64,000 nucleotides of DNA from an uncultured Acidobacteriota bacterium (GTDB taxonomy: Bacteria > Acidobacteriota > Terriglobia > UBA7540), in the NCBI GenBank assembly GCA_963804995.1, contig CAWDSK010000002.1:128001-192000 (forward strand), read 5' to 3'. Shown here one piece after another: positions 18,045 through 28,910 of the stretch (positions are counted from its first letter, which is position 1; each line of letters starts with the position of its first letter). The notes beneath the pieces were generated by a model. It was not told where the DNA came from. It made no database searches and was given only the letters and a program-made list of their open reading frames with translations. A program made the position numbers and the translations under genes.

Positions 18045-20114
18045 TTACTCATTCCATCCTTCGTGCTCCTGCCAATCCACAATGCGCACGTGCTTCTCTT
18101 CGCGCGGGAGTTCGGAGTAGGTCTTCCGTTCCCCTTCTGCCAGGTTGCCGTCCTGCGATTGATAGATCCAGGTCATTTCCTGCTTTAACGCCGCGGCCTC
18201 TCCGCTCAGGTGGATGGTCACGGGTTCATACTTGTAGGGAGCGGGTTTGAAGCCGCCGGCACCGTAAGCCTGATCGCCCAGCACGATGGTCTGGGGGTTG
18301 AGCAGCTTCTGCTTGAGCATCTCCTGACAAGCTTTGATAACGAACCAGTTCGTGGTGCGATGGTCCACGTGCCGCTCATCGGGATGGGGCAGGGCGATCA
18401 TGGCCGGGTGGAAGGTGGTGATGACTTGTTTGATGGCCTCCAGCACGGCGTCGCGCGCGTACGGCATGTTGGGCTTGTAGACGTGTTCGTAGGGTACGTG
18501 ATCGCAGGCGAGATAAATGGAAAGGAAGGGATCAGAAGATTTCTTGTGCTCGGACCAAATCGCGCCCGATCCGCCGTCCGGCAAGCCCAGGAACTCCAAC
18601 TTATCACGCGAGAGGCCCACGTGTTCGAGCGCCTCGGTGGACTCCGCCATGCGAATCTTGCCGAACTCACGCGCCTCATTGGGGCCGCAGGGCTTGTCGT
18701 AGTAACGCTCACACGCGCCCACATCACCTCCCGTCAGGAAAAGCACCTGAACCGGAATCTTGGCCTCGACCGCCGTGCGGATCAGTCCTGAGTAAGCTTG
18801 TTCATCATCCTCGTGCGCGCAAACGACCAGGAGCGACGCCGGCAATGCGTTCACCGCGATTTCTGTCGTGGTATGAGCGAGCGGCTTGCCCCCTGACTCA
18901 ACAACTTCAAGCTCTACCCGATAAGTTCCGGGCGCGACCGTAGCGGGAATCGCCCACGCGTCCGCAGCCACGGCCTGGGTCTTTCCGGGGGGCAGGTTAA
19001 GGGCGGAAACCAGAGTAGTGGTGTGGAGCTCTTTGCCGGTCATGTCTACGATGCGGGCCCGCAGGTCGGCGCCACTCCACGCTTCCTGCCAGGGATTCTT
19101 CAGAGTGGCCACGATCTTCACGGTGTCTCCGGGACGGTAGAGCGTCTGAGAATGATCCACGGTAATCACCGGAGAACCTTGTCCCGGCGGATAGAAGTCG
19201 CGGTACTTTTTGTAATCAATATCGGAATTGTAGGGATGCGTGAAGTTGCGGCTGTAAGGCTTGGGCACCTCGCGGTCCCAGGTTCGCACGATCGCCGGGG
19301 AAGTGAATTGCATGTCGTAGAGCACCGTGCGGTCGGCGTTCCACACCGCGAGGGTGTACATATCCACTTCCGGTGGGGGGGATTTTTCATTGCGCATGGG
19401 GAGGCCTGAGCCCACCACTTCTTTCAGCTTGCCTTGTAGCAGCGTGGCGGTGCCGGCGGGCATCATGGGGATGGTGACGGCGCCGCCCGCGGGAATGTCC
19501 AAATGATTGCGCAACACTTTTACCGCCAGGTCGGGGTTTTGCTCGCCTTCCTTCGCAAAGAGGGCAATCCAGGGATAGTTGGCGTTTGAGAACTCCACGC
19601 GCAGATCCTTCAGGTCGTGGTCGGACAGGTTCTCGATCGCGACCTCGCAGTTGATGGGCTCACCCACGGTGTAAAAGGTTTTGTCGATGGTGGTACGCGA
19701 AATCCGCACCAGCTTCTTGTAGGCGACAAAGCTGCGAATCTTCTGCCCTGCCATAGGGCGATGCTCGACCCGGTCCTCGACCCGCAAGGTCACCGTATAA
19801 ATTCCGGTGGGGGCCTGGGGAGGAATCGGCCATCCCACTTCATATTCCGCCACGCCCGCTTGCTTGGCGGGAAGCAGGTTCATCTGCACGCTCGTGGTTG
19901 AGGTCGTTCCGTAGTATTGGATTTCGGCGAAGACCACGTAGCGGCTGCCCTCGCCTTTAATTCCGCGCAGCGTGGCGTGAATGTTCGCGAATGATCCGAT
20001 GTTGAATCCTGTGTCCATGGGCGCGCCTTCGAGCGTTATCTCCGCCCCCCAAAGCGGCTGGCCCACTACCAGAAGTCCTCCCACCAGCAAAGTCCACCAC
20101 CACTTGCGCTCCAT
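18045..20114 (-). CDS. Secreted PIG-L/LmbE-family deacetylase with N-terminal beta-rich domains
   Basis: Signal peptide; AHEDDE, LTGGD, LGLPDG and HVDH motifs; N-terminal ~420 aa is beta-strand rich. Confidence 0.85.
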   Translation of the reverse strand: MERKWWWTLLVGGLLVVGQPLWGAEITLEGAPMDTGFNIGSFANIHATLRGIKGEGSRYVVFAEIQYYGTTSTTSVQMNLLPAKQAGVAEYEVGWPIPPQAPTGIYTVTLRVEDRVEHRPMAGQKIRSFVAYKKLVRISRTTIDKTFYTVGEPINCEVAIENLSDHDLKDLRVEFSNANYPWIALFAKEGEQNPDLAVKVLRNHLDIPAGGAVTIPMMPAGTATLLQGKLKEVVGSGLPMRNEKSPPPEVDMYTLAVWNADRTVLYDMQFTSPAIVRTWDREVPKPYSRNFTHPYNSDIDYKKYRDFYPPGQGSPVITVDHSQTLYRPGDTVKIVATLKNPWQEAWSGADLRARIVDMTGKELHTTTLVSALNLPPGKTQAVAADAWAIPATVAPGTYRVELEVVESGGKPLAHTTTEIAVNALPASLLVVCAHEDDEQAYSGLIRTAVEAKIPVQVLFLTGGDVGACERYYDKPCGPNEAREFGKIRMAESTEALEHVGLSRDKLEFLGLPDGGSGAIWSEHKKSSDPFLSIYLACDHVPYEHVYKPNMPYARDAVLEAIKQVITTFHPAMIALPHPDERHVDHRTTNWFVIKACQEMLKQKLLNPQTIVLGDQAYGAGGFKPAPYKYEPVTIHLSGEAAALKQEMTWIYQSQDGNLAEGERKTYSELPREEKHVRIVDWQEHEGWNE

Positions 20115-20303
20115 CTTCTCGTCTCCTCACACCCGTTTGGAATGCAACCATTATTGCTGTCACGCCTGATCAGTGCAAAGCAAATTCTGCACAGCCTGCA
20201 AATGGCCTTGCGCCGCCTGCATGTCGCATTTAGAATGGGCCCACGCGATAAGTCCGTGAAACATAGATATCTTCACCCCCGCTGCCAGGCTCCCTTGCAA
20301 GGG

Positions 20304-21143
20304 ATGCGTGTGTTCGGATGGGTTTCGTTACTTGCCCTGTTGCCGGTCTTCGCGAGCTTGATTTTACGGCATGGGCTGGTCCACGCGGCAAGTCCGCGGG
20401 GCTCTGAGAGCAACACGGTTGAGAGCACCTCGCCCACGGCCGCCGCGACTTCGCTTGACCTGTCCTGGCACGACAGCCTGGGCGATGGTTTCCCTGACAG
20501 CGCGCGCTTGGATAACGTCCAGGACCGCATGAACTTTCTCCACTGGCTGACTTTCCTGGCCGAGACACAGTATTACGCCCCTTGGCCGAGTGCGCAGGGG
20601 GAGATTCAGGATTGCGCGGGGCTCATCCGCTTCGCTTACCGCAATTCACTTCTCGCCCACACGCCAGCCTGGCGGAAGGATGCGGGGCTCCCATTCGATC
20701 CTGGATTCGGTGACATCCGAAAGTTCAATTACCCTTACGGACCACTCGGGCGAGCGCTGTTTCGGACCCAGCCCGGCCCTTCAGGCCCGGAAGACCTTAC
20801 CAGAGGTGCTTTTGCGGAGTTTGCCGACAGCTCAACACTGCTGCGGTACAACACGTTTCCAATAGCACGCGACCTTCGGGCCGCGCGGCCCGGCGACCTG
20901 TTGTTCTTTCACCAAACTGTTGAGCGGGAGCCTTTCCATACCATGTTGTTCGTCGGCAGATCGTACTACCAGCCGCAGGCCTCCGATTGGATCGTTTATC
21001 ACACGGGAGACATTAACGGCCACCGGGGCGAGATTCGCGAGGTGCGCGCGGCTACCTTATTCGAACATCCCGACCCGCGCTGGAGGCCGCTCGCGAGCAA
21101 CCCCAATTTTCTGGGAGTCTATCGCCTGGAAATTTTGCGTTAG
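20304..21143 (+). CDS. DUF1175 (YfaT-like) family protein
   Basis: DCAGLIRFAYR, ARPGDLLFF, HTMLFVG, YHTG and WRP...NPNFLGVYRL motifs; adjacent to the macroglobulin gene; start approximate. Confidence 0.85.
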   Translation: MRVFGWVSLLALLPVFASLILRHGLVHAASPRGSESNTVESTSPTAAATSLDLSWHDSLGDGFPDSARLDNVQDRMNFLHWLTFLAETQYYAPWPSAQGEIQDCAGLIRFAYRNSLLAHTPAWRKDAGLPFDPGFGDIRKFNYPYGPLGRALFRTQPGPSGPEDLTRGAFAEFADSSTLLRYNTFPIARDLRAARPGDLLFFHQTVEREPFHTMLFVGRSYYQPQASDWIVYHTGDINGHRGEIREVRAATLFEHPDPRWRPLASNPNFLGVYRLEILR

Positions 21144-21223
21144 CGGTTGTGGGGGTACGGGTTGCCGTACCCGCTTAGTTCGGTCGCGCGATAAAGAAGA
21201 TGAGGAGAGCCAATGTCCCACCC

Positions 21224-21324
21224 TGTCATCCTGAGCGCAGCGAAGGACCCCTGTAGTTCGTAGCGGTTGGTGCACAGAGCAAACTACGGGGGTTCTTCGC
21301 CCAAAATGCGGGCTCAGAATGACA
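21224..21324. repeat. REP-like palindromic element (GTCATCCTGAGC...GCTCAGAATGAC family)
   Basis: Terminal inverted arms TGTCATCCTGAGC / GCTCAGAATGACA, with inner arms CGAAGGACCC / GGGTTCTTCG. Confidence 0.8.
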
Positions 21325-21341
21325 ACGCAAGCAATGCTCTC

Positions 21342-24300
21342 ATGAATGGCGACGTGCACTATCACGGCAGTACATCGCGAAAAGCCTCTTCATCACGAGG
21401 GGCCCGTGGAGCTGCCAGTGCAGCCCTGGTGGCCGCACTTCTGCTTGCGGGCCTGTTTGTAGCGCCCCGCGCGGCCCTGGCGCAAGAAGAAACCCCCTCC
21501 ACCGAACCATCCTTTTCGATCTCCTCGCGCCAAACATTCGCGCCTTCCCAGCAGCCGAAGGTCTGGATTAGCTTCCGCCAGGTTGACCATTTGGATTTCC
21601 GGGTCTATCGCGTGAAGGACCCCATTCAGTTCTTCTCCAAACTGAAAGACGCCCATACTTTCGGCAGCGAGAAGGCGGAATTGGCCCGCGAGAAAACCTG
21701 GCTCGAGCGTCTTCATGATTGGAAGCGTGACCTGCGATCGAGGATCCGGGATTTCTTCCGCGCGCAAGTGCGCTTTGAAACGCGCTTGCAAATCCACGCC
21801 TCGCACGTGCAGGGGCGGAAACTTCAGCGCATTCCCCTGGACGTTGCGGCTTACGCGCAGGTGCCGCTCCTGAACCGCGAGCAACTCGTGCTCGGCTGGC
21901 GGGAACTTGTGCCCAAGACGCGGGACTCGGAGTTCCAGGAAATCCCCGTCGATATTCACGAGAGGGGTTTGTACCTGGTGGAGGTGGCGTACCGCGAGCT
22001 GCGCGCCTACACCTTGGTGATGGTCACCGACCTGGCGCTGGTTTCGAAAACGGCGCCGGGGCAGGTGCTGCTGTTTGTGGCACGGCGGGACTCCGGCACA
22101 CCCGTGGCAGGCGCCCAGGCTGCAATCTTTAACAACCATCAGGAGCTGGCACGGGGCACGACGGACGCTTCCGGCATCTTTCAAACCACCTTCCAGCAAA
22201 TCAAGGTCGATAACTCCATCATGGTGGCGGTGGCCGATCAAGATGTGGCGGCGACCAGCATCGAGCCTTTCCTCTTCTTCGACACTTCGGCGACGGACTA
22301 CCTGGGCTATATCTACACCGACCGTCCCGTCTATCGTCCGACGCACACGGTAAATTTCAAGGGTATCGTGCGGGCGCGACGCAGCGGTCAGTTTAGCGTC
22401 GACGTGCCGGGGCCGATCACAGTCGAAATCACCGATCCCAACCAGAAGACCGTCTATCAACAGAAACTCAACGTCTCCCCATTCGGTTCGTTCCACGGTA
22501 CGATCACGCTCGGCCCGCTGGCGGCGCTGGGTGAGTACGGCGTCACGGCGCACATTGGCGAAAAGCGCGTGTACGGGTCATTCGAGGTTCAGGAATACAA
22601 GAAGCCGGAATATGAAGTCGCGGTTTCGACGGAGAAGAGCCGGTACCTTCAAGGCGAGACGATCCAGGCCACCATCAGCGCGCGTTACTATTTTGGCGCG
22701 CCGGTTTCGAACGCCCGCGTGAAATATTCTGTCTTCCGCTCGAGCTATCAATTTCCCTACTGGCGAATCCTCTGGGGTGACGAAGCGTACGAAGGGGACG
22801 AAGGCGAAGGGAATTACAATGAAGATTACTTCGGCGAGGAGATTAGCCAGGGCACGGGTCAATTGGATGCGGACGGTGTGCTGCACGTCTCCCTGCCTAC
22901 AGAAGTTGATAAGCAGAAGCACGACTGTCGCTATCGCATCGAAGCGCATGTGACCGACGCCAGCAATCGCGAAATCTTGGGCGGGCATGGCGTGCTGGTC
23001 ACGTACTCGACAGTCGTGGTCTTGTTGGAGACGGATCGCTACGTTTATGCTCCCGGCCAGCGAGCGGAGATTACCGTCCGCACCCTGGACTACGACTCCA
23101 ACCCCGTCTCGACCAACGTCCAGCTTCAGTTTGAAAGCCACGAGAGTTGGGGCTCCGAGGCGCAACGGCGGGTTTTGTCACAGGTGAGTGTGTCGACCGA
23201 CGCCAACGGCTTGGGGCACACTACCTACACCGTTCCCAAGGTTCCCTGGCTCACCCTTCACGCCAGCACCTTCGATCGCAACCAGCGCGAGGCAAGTTTC
23301 GAAAGTAGCCTGTGGATTGCCGGCGCGGGATTCTTTGCCGGCGAGATCCAATACCGCCGCGTCGATCTCTTCCCCGACAAGCATTCATACAAGCCCGGCG
23401 ATACCGCGCACGTGTTGATTGTGACCCATGAACCGGGTGCGCAGGTGCTGGTGACCTCCGAAGGCCAGCAGGTTTACTCATGGTCCGTGCACACGGCGCC
23501 CGGCGATTCGCTGACAGTCAACGTCCCCATTGAGGAGCGTTTCGAACCGAATTTTTTTGTCAATGTGGCCTTCATAAAGAGCGAGCAACTGTTCGAAAGC
23601 TCGAAGAACCTCTCGGTGCCGGCGGTCGAGAAAGTCCTGAAGGTCACGGTTGAAACCGACAAGCCACAATACCGGCCCGGCGATCAGGTGACGTACACCC
23701 TGACGGCGCAAGATCAGCAGGGGCACCCCGTGAGCGCGGAGTTGAGCTTGGGCGTCGTGGATGAAGCCATCTACGCGATTCGACCGGACATTGTTCAGCC
23801 TCCTGAAAAAGTGTTCTACGCGCGCGAGTGGGACCGCGTCTTTACCCAATTCTCGACTGCTTACTGGTTCACTGGCTATTCGGGGCGGCATAAGATGGAT
23901 CTCGCCCAGCTTCGCGGGCCCACGCGCCTCGCGGATTTCAAGAACCCGGGGATGGTCCAGCCCAAAGTTCGCAAGTTCTTCCCTGACACCATCCAGTGGC
24001 TGCCCACGCTGGTGACGGATTCAAGCGGCAAGGCGCGCGCGACTTTCAACTTTCCGGATTCGCTCACCACCTGGCGGGCCACGGTACGCGCCTTTACTCG
24101 CAACACGCTGGTGGGCCAGGTGGTGGGAAAGGTAATCACGCGCAAAAACCTGATCCTGCGCCTGGAAACTCCCCGCTTTATGGATCAGGGCGATACGGCG
24201 ACGCTGACCGGAATCGTGCACAATTATCTCGCGACAGACAAGACCGCGAAGGTCTCGCTCTCGGCAGAAGGTGTGGAGGTGGCCAGCCCGGCGGAAGCCA

Positions 24301-26075
24301 CCGTGAACATTCCCAAAAACGGCGAGGCCGTGGTCACCTGGAACGTACGCTCGCCCAAGATTGCCCAGGCGAAGTTGCTGGCCAAGGCGCTGACCGATGA
24401 AGAATCGGACGCCGTCGAACTGGAGATGCCGGTGGAGCCCTGGGGGCTTCAGCAGAGCGTGGCGCAATCCGGAGCGCTGCGCATCGACAAGGATGAAATC
24501 ACGCGCGCCCTGGTTCTGCCGCAGGATATTAACGCCGACGCCTCCGCGCTGCGCATCGACGTGTCTCCTTCGATAGCCGGCACGCTGATGTCTGCGCTGG
24601 ATTTCCTGGCCACCTATCCTTACGGGTGCGTCGAGCAGACCATGTCGAGCTTCCTGCCCAACATCCTGGTGATGAAAGCCGTGAAAGATTTGGGGCTCAC
24701 CCCACCCCCGGCTTCCGCCGAACTGGAAAAGAAGATCGCCGCCGGACTCGAGCGTCTCTACATGTTCCAGCACGACGATGGCGGATGGGGCTGGTGGCAA
24801 ACGGACGAGACGCATCCTTTCATGACCGCTTATGTGGTGGCAGGGTTGGCGCAGGCGAAGGCGGCAGGCTACCCGGTCGATGAGCAGCGCCTAAAGCGCG
24901 GCCGGGAATCGCTCCTCAAGCAAATTAAGGAGAATCCCCGCGCGCTCGCGGACATCCGCGTTTACATGATTTACGCGCTGGCCCTCAGCGGCGACATTGA
25001 TCACGCGCTAGTGGAAGACTTGTATTCCGCGCGCGAGAAATTCTCCACGCACGGGCAGGCGTTAATGGCGCTGCTGCTAATGCAACTCAAGGATTCGCGC
25101 GCGCAGGAATTCGTGAAACTACTAGAAAGCAGGGCCCACTCCCAAGGTCCCTTCGTTTGGTGGAAATCTGAACGGGAGGCCATGCTCAACTTCTCCTCAG
25201 ACAATTCTTTTGAAACCACCGCGTACGCGCTCAAGGCGCTGGCGAACCTCGACCCGAAGAGTGACCTGTTGCCTCGCGCCACGCGCTGGCTGATTGAACA
25301 TCGCTCGGATGGCTACTACTGGGATTCCACGGAGCAGACCGCGACCGCCATTTACGGTTTGATCGACTACCTCAAGATTTCCGGCGAACTCAAACCCAAT
25401 TACACGCTGACTGTGTATCTGAACGGGCAGAAGCTCACCGAACGGACCATCACAGAAAAGGATGTAGCAAGCCCATCTCCCCTCACGCTCACGACCGGTG
25501 CGCCGCAGGTGCACGCGGGCTCGAACGAGGTCCGAATCGTAAAGTTGGGCGCGGGCGTGCTCTACTGGTCGGCGGCGGCTTCATACTTCTCGCGCGAGCC
25601 GAAGCCTGCGCCTGCGGGCAGCGCTGCATTGAACGTCCTGCGCGATTACTTCAAGCTGGTGCCGGAGCGGTTGAACAATCGCATCGTCTATTCCGAGCAG
25701 CCGCTTGCGGGCCCCGTAGAGAGTGGCGATGTGATCGTGGTACGCCTGACCGTCAGCACCACGCAGGATGAGCAGTACTTGCAGATTGAGGACCCGATTC
25801 CGGCGGGCCTCGAGTTCATCGAGCAGGAAGGCTTGTACGAGCTCAAGGAAAAACCGCCTTGGTGGGATTTCTATTACACGCAGCGCGAATTTCACGATGA
25901 CCGCGCCGCGCTGTTCTCCACCACGTTCCGGCGGGGGCAGGGGCAGTTCCACTATCTCCTGAAGGCCTTGACACCGGGAACCTTTCAGGCGAATCCGGCT
26001 CGCGTGCTGCCCATGTACGAACCCGCTCGGCAGGCGTCGACACACGCGGCCACCGTGACCGTAACGGGGCACTAG
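21342..26075 (+). CDS. Bacterial alpha-2-macroglobulin family protein
   Basis: YTDRPVYRP, VQEYKKPEY, PDSLTTWR, thioester motif YPYGCVEQT and DGGWGWW; signal peptide; start approximate. Confidence 0.95.
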   Translation: MNGDVHYHGSTSRKASSSRGARGAASAALVAALLLAGLFVAPRAALAQEETPSTEPSFSISSRQTFAPSQQPKVWISFRQVDHLDFRVYRVKDPIQFFSKLKDAHTFGSEKAELAREKTWLERLHDWKRDLRSRIRDFFRAQVRFETRLQIHASHVQGRKLQRIPLDVAAYAQVPLLNREQLVLGWRELVPKTRDSEFQEIPVDIHERGLYLVEVAYRELRAYTLVMVTDLALVSKTAPGQVLLFVARRDSGTPVAGAQAAIFNNHQELARGTTDASGIFQTTFQQIKVDNSIMVAVADQDVAATSIEPFLFFDTSATDYLGYIYTDRPVYRPTHTVNFKGIVRARRSGQFSVDVPGPITVEITDPNQKTVYQQKLNVSPFGSFHGTITLGPLAALGEYGVTAHIGEKRVYGSFEVQEYKKPEYEVAVSTEKSRYLQGETIQATISARYYFGAPVSNARVKYSVFRSSYQFPYWRILWGDEAYEGDEGEGNYNEDYFGEEISQGTGQLDADGVLHVSLPTEVDKQKHDCRYRIEAHVTDASNREILGGHGVLVTYSTVVVLLETDRYVYAPGQRAEITVRTLDYDSNPVSTNVQLQFESHESWGSEAQRRVLSQVSVSTDANGLGHTTYTVPKVPWLTLHASTFDRNQREASFESSLWIAGAGFFAGEIQYRRVDLFPDKHSYKPGDTAHVLIVTHEPGAQVLVTSEGQQVYSWSVHTAPGDSLTVNVPIEERFEPNFFVNVAFIKSEQLFESSKNLSVPAVEKVLKVTVETDKPQYRPGDQVTYTLTAQDQQGHPVSAELSLGVVDEAIYAIRPDIVQPPEKVFYAREWDRVFTQFSTAYWFTGYSGRHKMDLAQLRGPTRLADFKNPGMVQPKVRKFFPDTIQWLPTLVTDSSGKARATFNFPDSLTTWRATVRAFTRNTLVGQVVGKVITRKNLILRLETPRFMDQGDTATLTGIVHNYLATDKTAKVSLSAEGVEVASPAEATVNIPKNGEAVVTWNVRSPKIAQAKLLAKALTDEESDAVELEMPVEPWGLQQSVAQSGALRIDKDEITRALVLPQDINADASALRIDVSPSIAGTLMSALDFLATYPYGCVEQTMSSFLPNILVMKAVKDLGLTPPPASAELEKKIAAGLERLYMFQHDDGGWGWWQTDETHPFMTAYVVAGLAQAKAAGYPVDEQRLKRGRESLLKQIKENPRALADIRVYMIYALALSGDIDHALVEDLYSAREKFSTHGQALMALLLMQLKDSRAQEFVKLLESRAHSQGPFVWWKSEREAMLNFSSDNSFETTAYALKALANLDPKSDLLPRATRWLIEHRSDGYYWDSTEQTATAIYGLIDYLKISGELKPNYTLTVYLNGQKLTERTITEKDVASPSPLTLTTGAPQVHAGSNEVRIVKLGAGVLYWSAAASYFSREPKPAPAGSAALNVLRDYFKLVPERLNNRIVYSEQPLAGPVESGDVIVVRLTVSTTQDEQYLQIEDPIPAGLEFIEQEGLYELKEKPPWWDFYYTQREFHDDRAALFSTTFRRGQGQFHYLLKALTPGTFQANPARVLPMYEPARQASTHAATVTVTGH

Positions 26076-26138
26076 GAAAGAAAAGCGGTCAGCTAAGGAA
26101 TTAGCTGACAGCGGAATACTGATCGCTGGAAGCTAACA

Positions 26139-26936
26139 ATGAAGAAAGCCTTTGCAGCCTGGACGTGGAGCTTGGCGGTGGTGGTGCGCAGTTATTGGAT
26201 CCTGCTCGCGCTGGCCACGCTCATCGCGCTGTGGGCATGGGCAGCTTACGAATGGCTGGGGCTGCCGGAGTCCTCCGGGTTGCTGCTGTTGCTCGCGCTG
26301 GTCTGGGCCATCATTCAGCTTCTGGCGCTGGTGGGTATCATCACGGCGAACGTGTCTGGCACAGCCGAGGTGGCTGTTTCGGAGGGTAGAACATTGCCGT
26401 TCGGGGCTCTCTGCCTTAGTGATCGAAAAAAGCTTCTCAAAGCTCTGATATTTTCCCTCGCGAGTTGCTGCCTCGTGTGGTTAGTCGCAGCCGTTTTTGA
26501 CTGGATCAACAATCACTCCGTTGAGGTTGCATCCTTCCTGACCTTTCATTCCCAGAAACCCGTCAGTCATGTGCTCATCGAAAATATTTACCGGATCATT
26601 GAGGCGCTGCTGTGGATTGTATTGGGAGGTTTCCTCCTCAGCTTCCTGCACGTGCTTCTGCATGACGGTTGGCGCGAGGCGCGGAAGCAGATGTGGAAAC
26701 TCCTGGCAGGATGCACCTTCCACACTCCCTTCTGGACGAGCTTGCTGAGTGTTGTGGTATTTGGTGGCTTGGCCTATGAGCTGGCGAATTGGCATCCCAA
26801 AGCTTCTGTGGGTTTCTGGGATTACACCCAGATGATCACGCGATTCGCTCTCGTGCTTATCCTGCTTGCCGCTGGATGGTTGTTCTGGCTGCTCTCCCTG
26901 GCGCGACTGTATTTCCCGAAACAAGAGAATTCGTGA
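26139..26936 (+). CDS. Hypothetical multi-pass membrane protein
   Basis: About six hydrophobic segments; co-directional with the macroglobulin gene. Confidence 0.75.
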   Translation: MKKAFAAWTWSLAVVVRSYWILLALATLIALWAWAAYEWLGLPESSGLLLLLALVWAIIQLLALVGIITANVSGTAEVAVSEGRTLPFGALCLSDRKKLLKALIFSLASCCLVWLVAAVFDWINNHSVEVASFLTFHSQKPVSHVLIENIYRIIEALLWIVLGGFLLSFLHVLLHDGWREARKQMWKLLAGCTFHTPFWTSLLSVVVFGGLAYELANWHPKASVGFWDYTQMITRFALVLILLAAGWLFWLLSLARLYFPKQENS

Positions 26937-27179
26937 TTTCATCCGGGCGGATTATTGCCCCGCGTATCCGTGTTGAAGATTGCAAAAAAACTTCTGACCT
27001 TAGTGGTAATCTGTATTGGTGCGGGGTTAGCGCGGGGGCAGCGACTGGCATTTGACGCAACTTTTTCCTTCTAACAGGGTTTAACTAGTCTGAGGGCGGA
27101 CCACCGCAAGAGGCGGCAGACGATTCCACAGACCGCGTGAAAGGGAACGCGCGGGCGTTCCTGTCTGCCCAAGGCGGGC

Positions 27180-28847
27180 ATGAAGAAGGATTCTTTCATG
27201 AAAGAAGATTGGACCACACCGCTGCCTGCAAGCGTAACTGCCTGGCATTTCCTCAGCCGCATCAGTTTCGGTCCGCGGCCCGCGGAATTGGAACGCTTGA
27301 AGCAGGTCGGCATGGAAAGTTACCTGGATGAGCAACTCCACCCTGAGAAGATCAATGACTCCGAGGTGGCGCAGCGAATTTCTTCCCTGCCTACTCTCAC
27401 GATGAGCCCCGCGGAACTCATGGAGGATTTCCCTCCGCGCAAACAACCGAACAATCCTGTGGCCAAGCAACCTGGCAGAGATGAGAACGTGGCCACGCCG
27501 CCCACCGAGGGTGGCGCGTCCATGCAGCCAGAATCCCCAATGCATCCGGCGATGGAAGAAGATAAGCCGCGCCAGATCATCCTGGAACTGGCACGCGAAC
27601 AATTCTGGCGCGCAGCTTATAGCAATCGGCAGCTTCAAGAAATCATGGTTCATTTCTGGATGAACCATTTCAACGTATATGCCGCCAAGGGAGTCGACAA
27701 GTGGCTCCTCACCTCCTTCGAGCAGGATTCCATCCGGCCCAACGCCCTGGGTAGATTCGAGGATTTGCTCGCGGCCACCGCCAAAAGTCCCGCGATGCTT
27801 TTCTATCTGGATAACTGGCTGAGCGTCTCCCCCAACATGGTTTCCGGCGCATTTCACCCGCGGCCCGCAAGGACTCCCTTCGGTTTTGGCCGCGCCAACG
27901 CTTCAGCCATGGCCCGGATGGCAAACCGCCAGCCGGCCGGGGCCGAGCGACGCGGTTTGAACGAAAACTACGGCCGCGAACTCATGGAACTTCACACCTT
28001 GGGGGTGGATGGCGGCTACACGCAGGGTGACGTAAGGGATGTGGCACGATGCTTTACAGGTTGGACGATTGACCGGCCGCGGCAAGGCGGGGGATTCATC
28101 TTCCGGCCGCGATTCCACGATTACGGCGAGAAGGTGGTCTTGGGGCACAAGATCAAGGCGGGGGGCGGGGTGGAGGACGGGATGGAAGTTCTCCAGTTGC
28201 TCGCCGCGCATCCTTCCACCGCGCATTTCATTTCGTTCAAACTTTGCCGCCACTTCGTCGCGGACGAACCCCCGGCCTCCGTCGTGGACCGTGCCACGCG
28301 AACCTTCACTCAAACCCAGGGTGACATGCGCGCCGTCTTGAAGAGGATCCTGACGTCGCCGGAGTTCAACTCGCAAGCCGCATTCCGCGCCAAGGTCAAA
28401 TCGCCATTCGAAGTTGTGGCGAGTTCGCTCGAACGCTCGGCGGGGAAACCGACGGCGGCGCGCCGCTGATGATGTCGATTGTGCGCATGGGGCAGCCGCT
28501 ATTTCTCTATCAGGCCCCTACGGGTTTTCCGGACCGGGCGAGCAGCTGGATTAACTCCGGAACGCTGCTGGCGCGCATGAACTTCGCGCTTGCCTTGGCC
28601 ACCAACCGGATTCGGGGTACGCAAGTCGACCTCCCAAGTGCTACGCCGACGGATGACGCCCAGGCTGTTTGGGTCAGTTGGTGCGGCGAACGCTCGGCGG
28701 GAGCGTCTCCCAGGAAACGCGAGCTGCAGTTCATTAAGAGTCTGGATGATTTGAGCAAAGGGCCGGGAGGCAATCTAGAGCGCATTCCCGGCGAGCACGA
28801 TCGTGGTGGCCTTGCTTCTCGGGTCACCGGATTTCCAGCGCCGGTAG
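27180..28847 (+). CDS. DUF1800 family protein (apparent frameshifts after about 28430)
   Basis: FWMNHFNV, PAMLFYLDN, NENYGRELMELHTLG, KVKSPFE, GQPLF..PTGF and terminal GSPDFQRR in differing frames. Confidence 0.88.
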
Positions 28848-28910
28848 CGCTGGTGGATTTGGTCCGAAGCCCGAGTGCGAGCCGGGTCCATGTTTGTAGG
28901 TGAGGCAACG

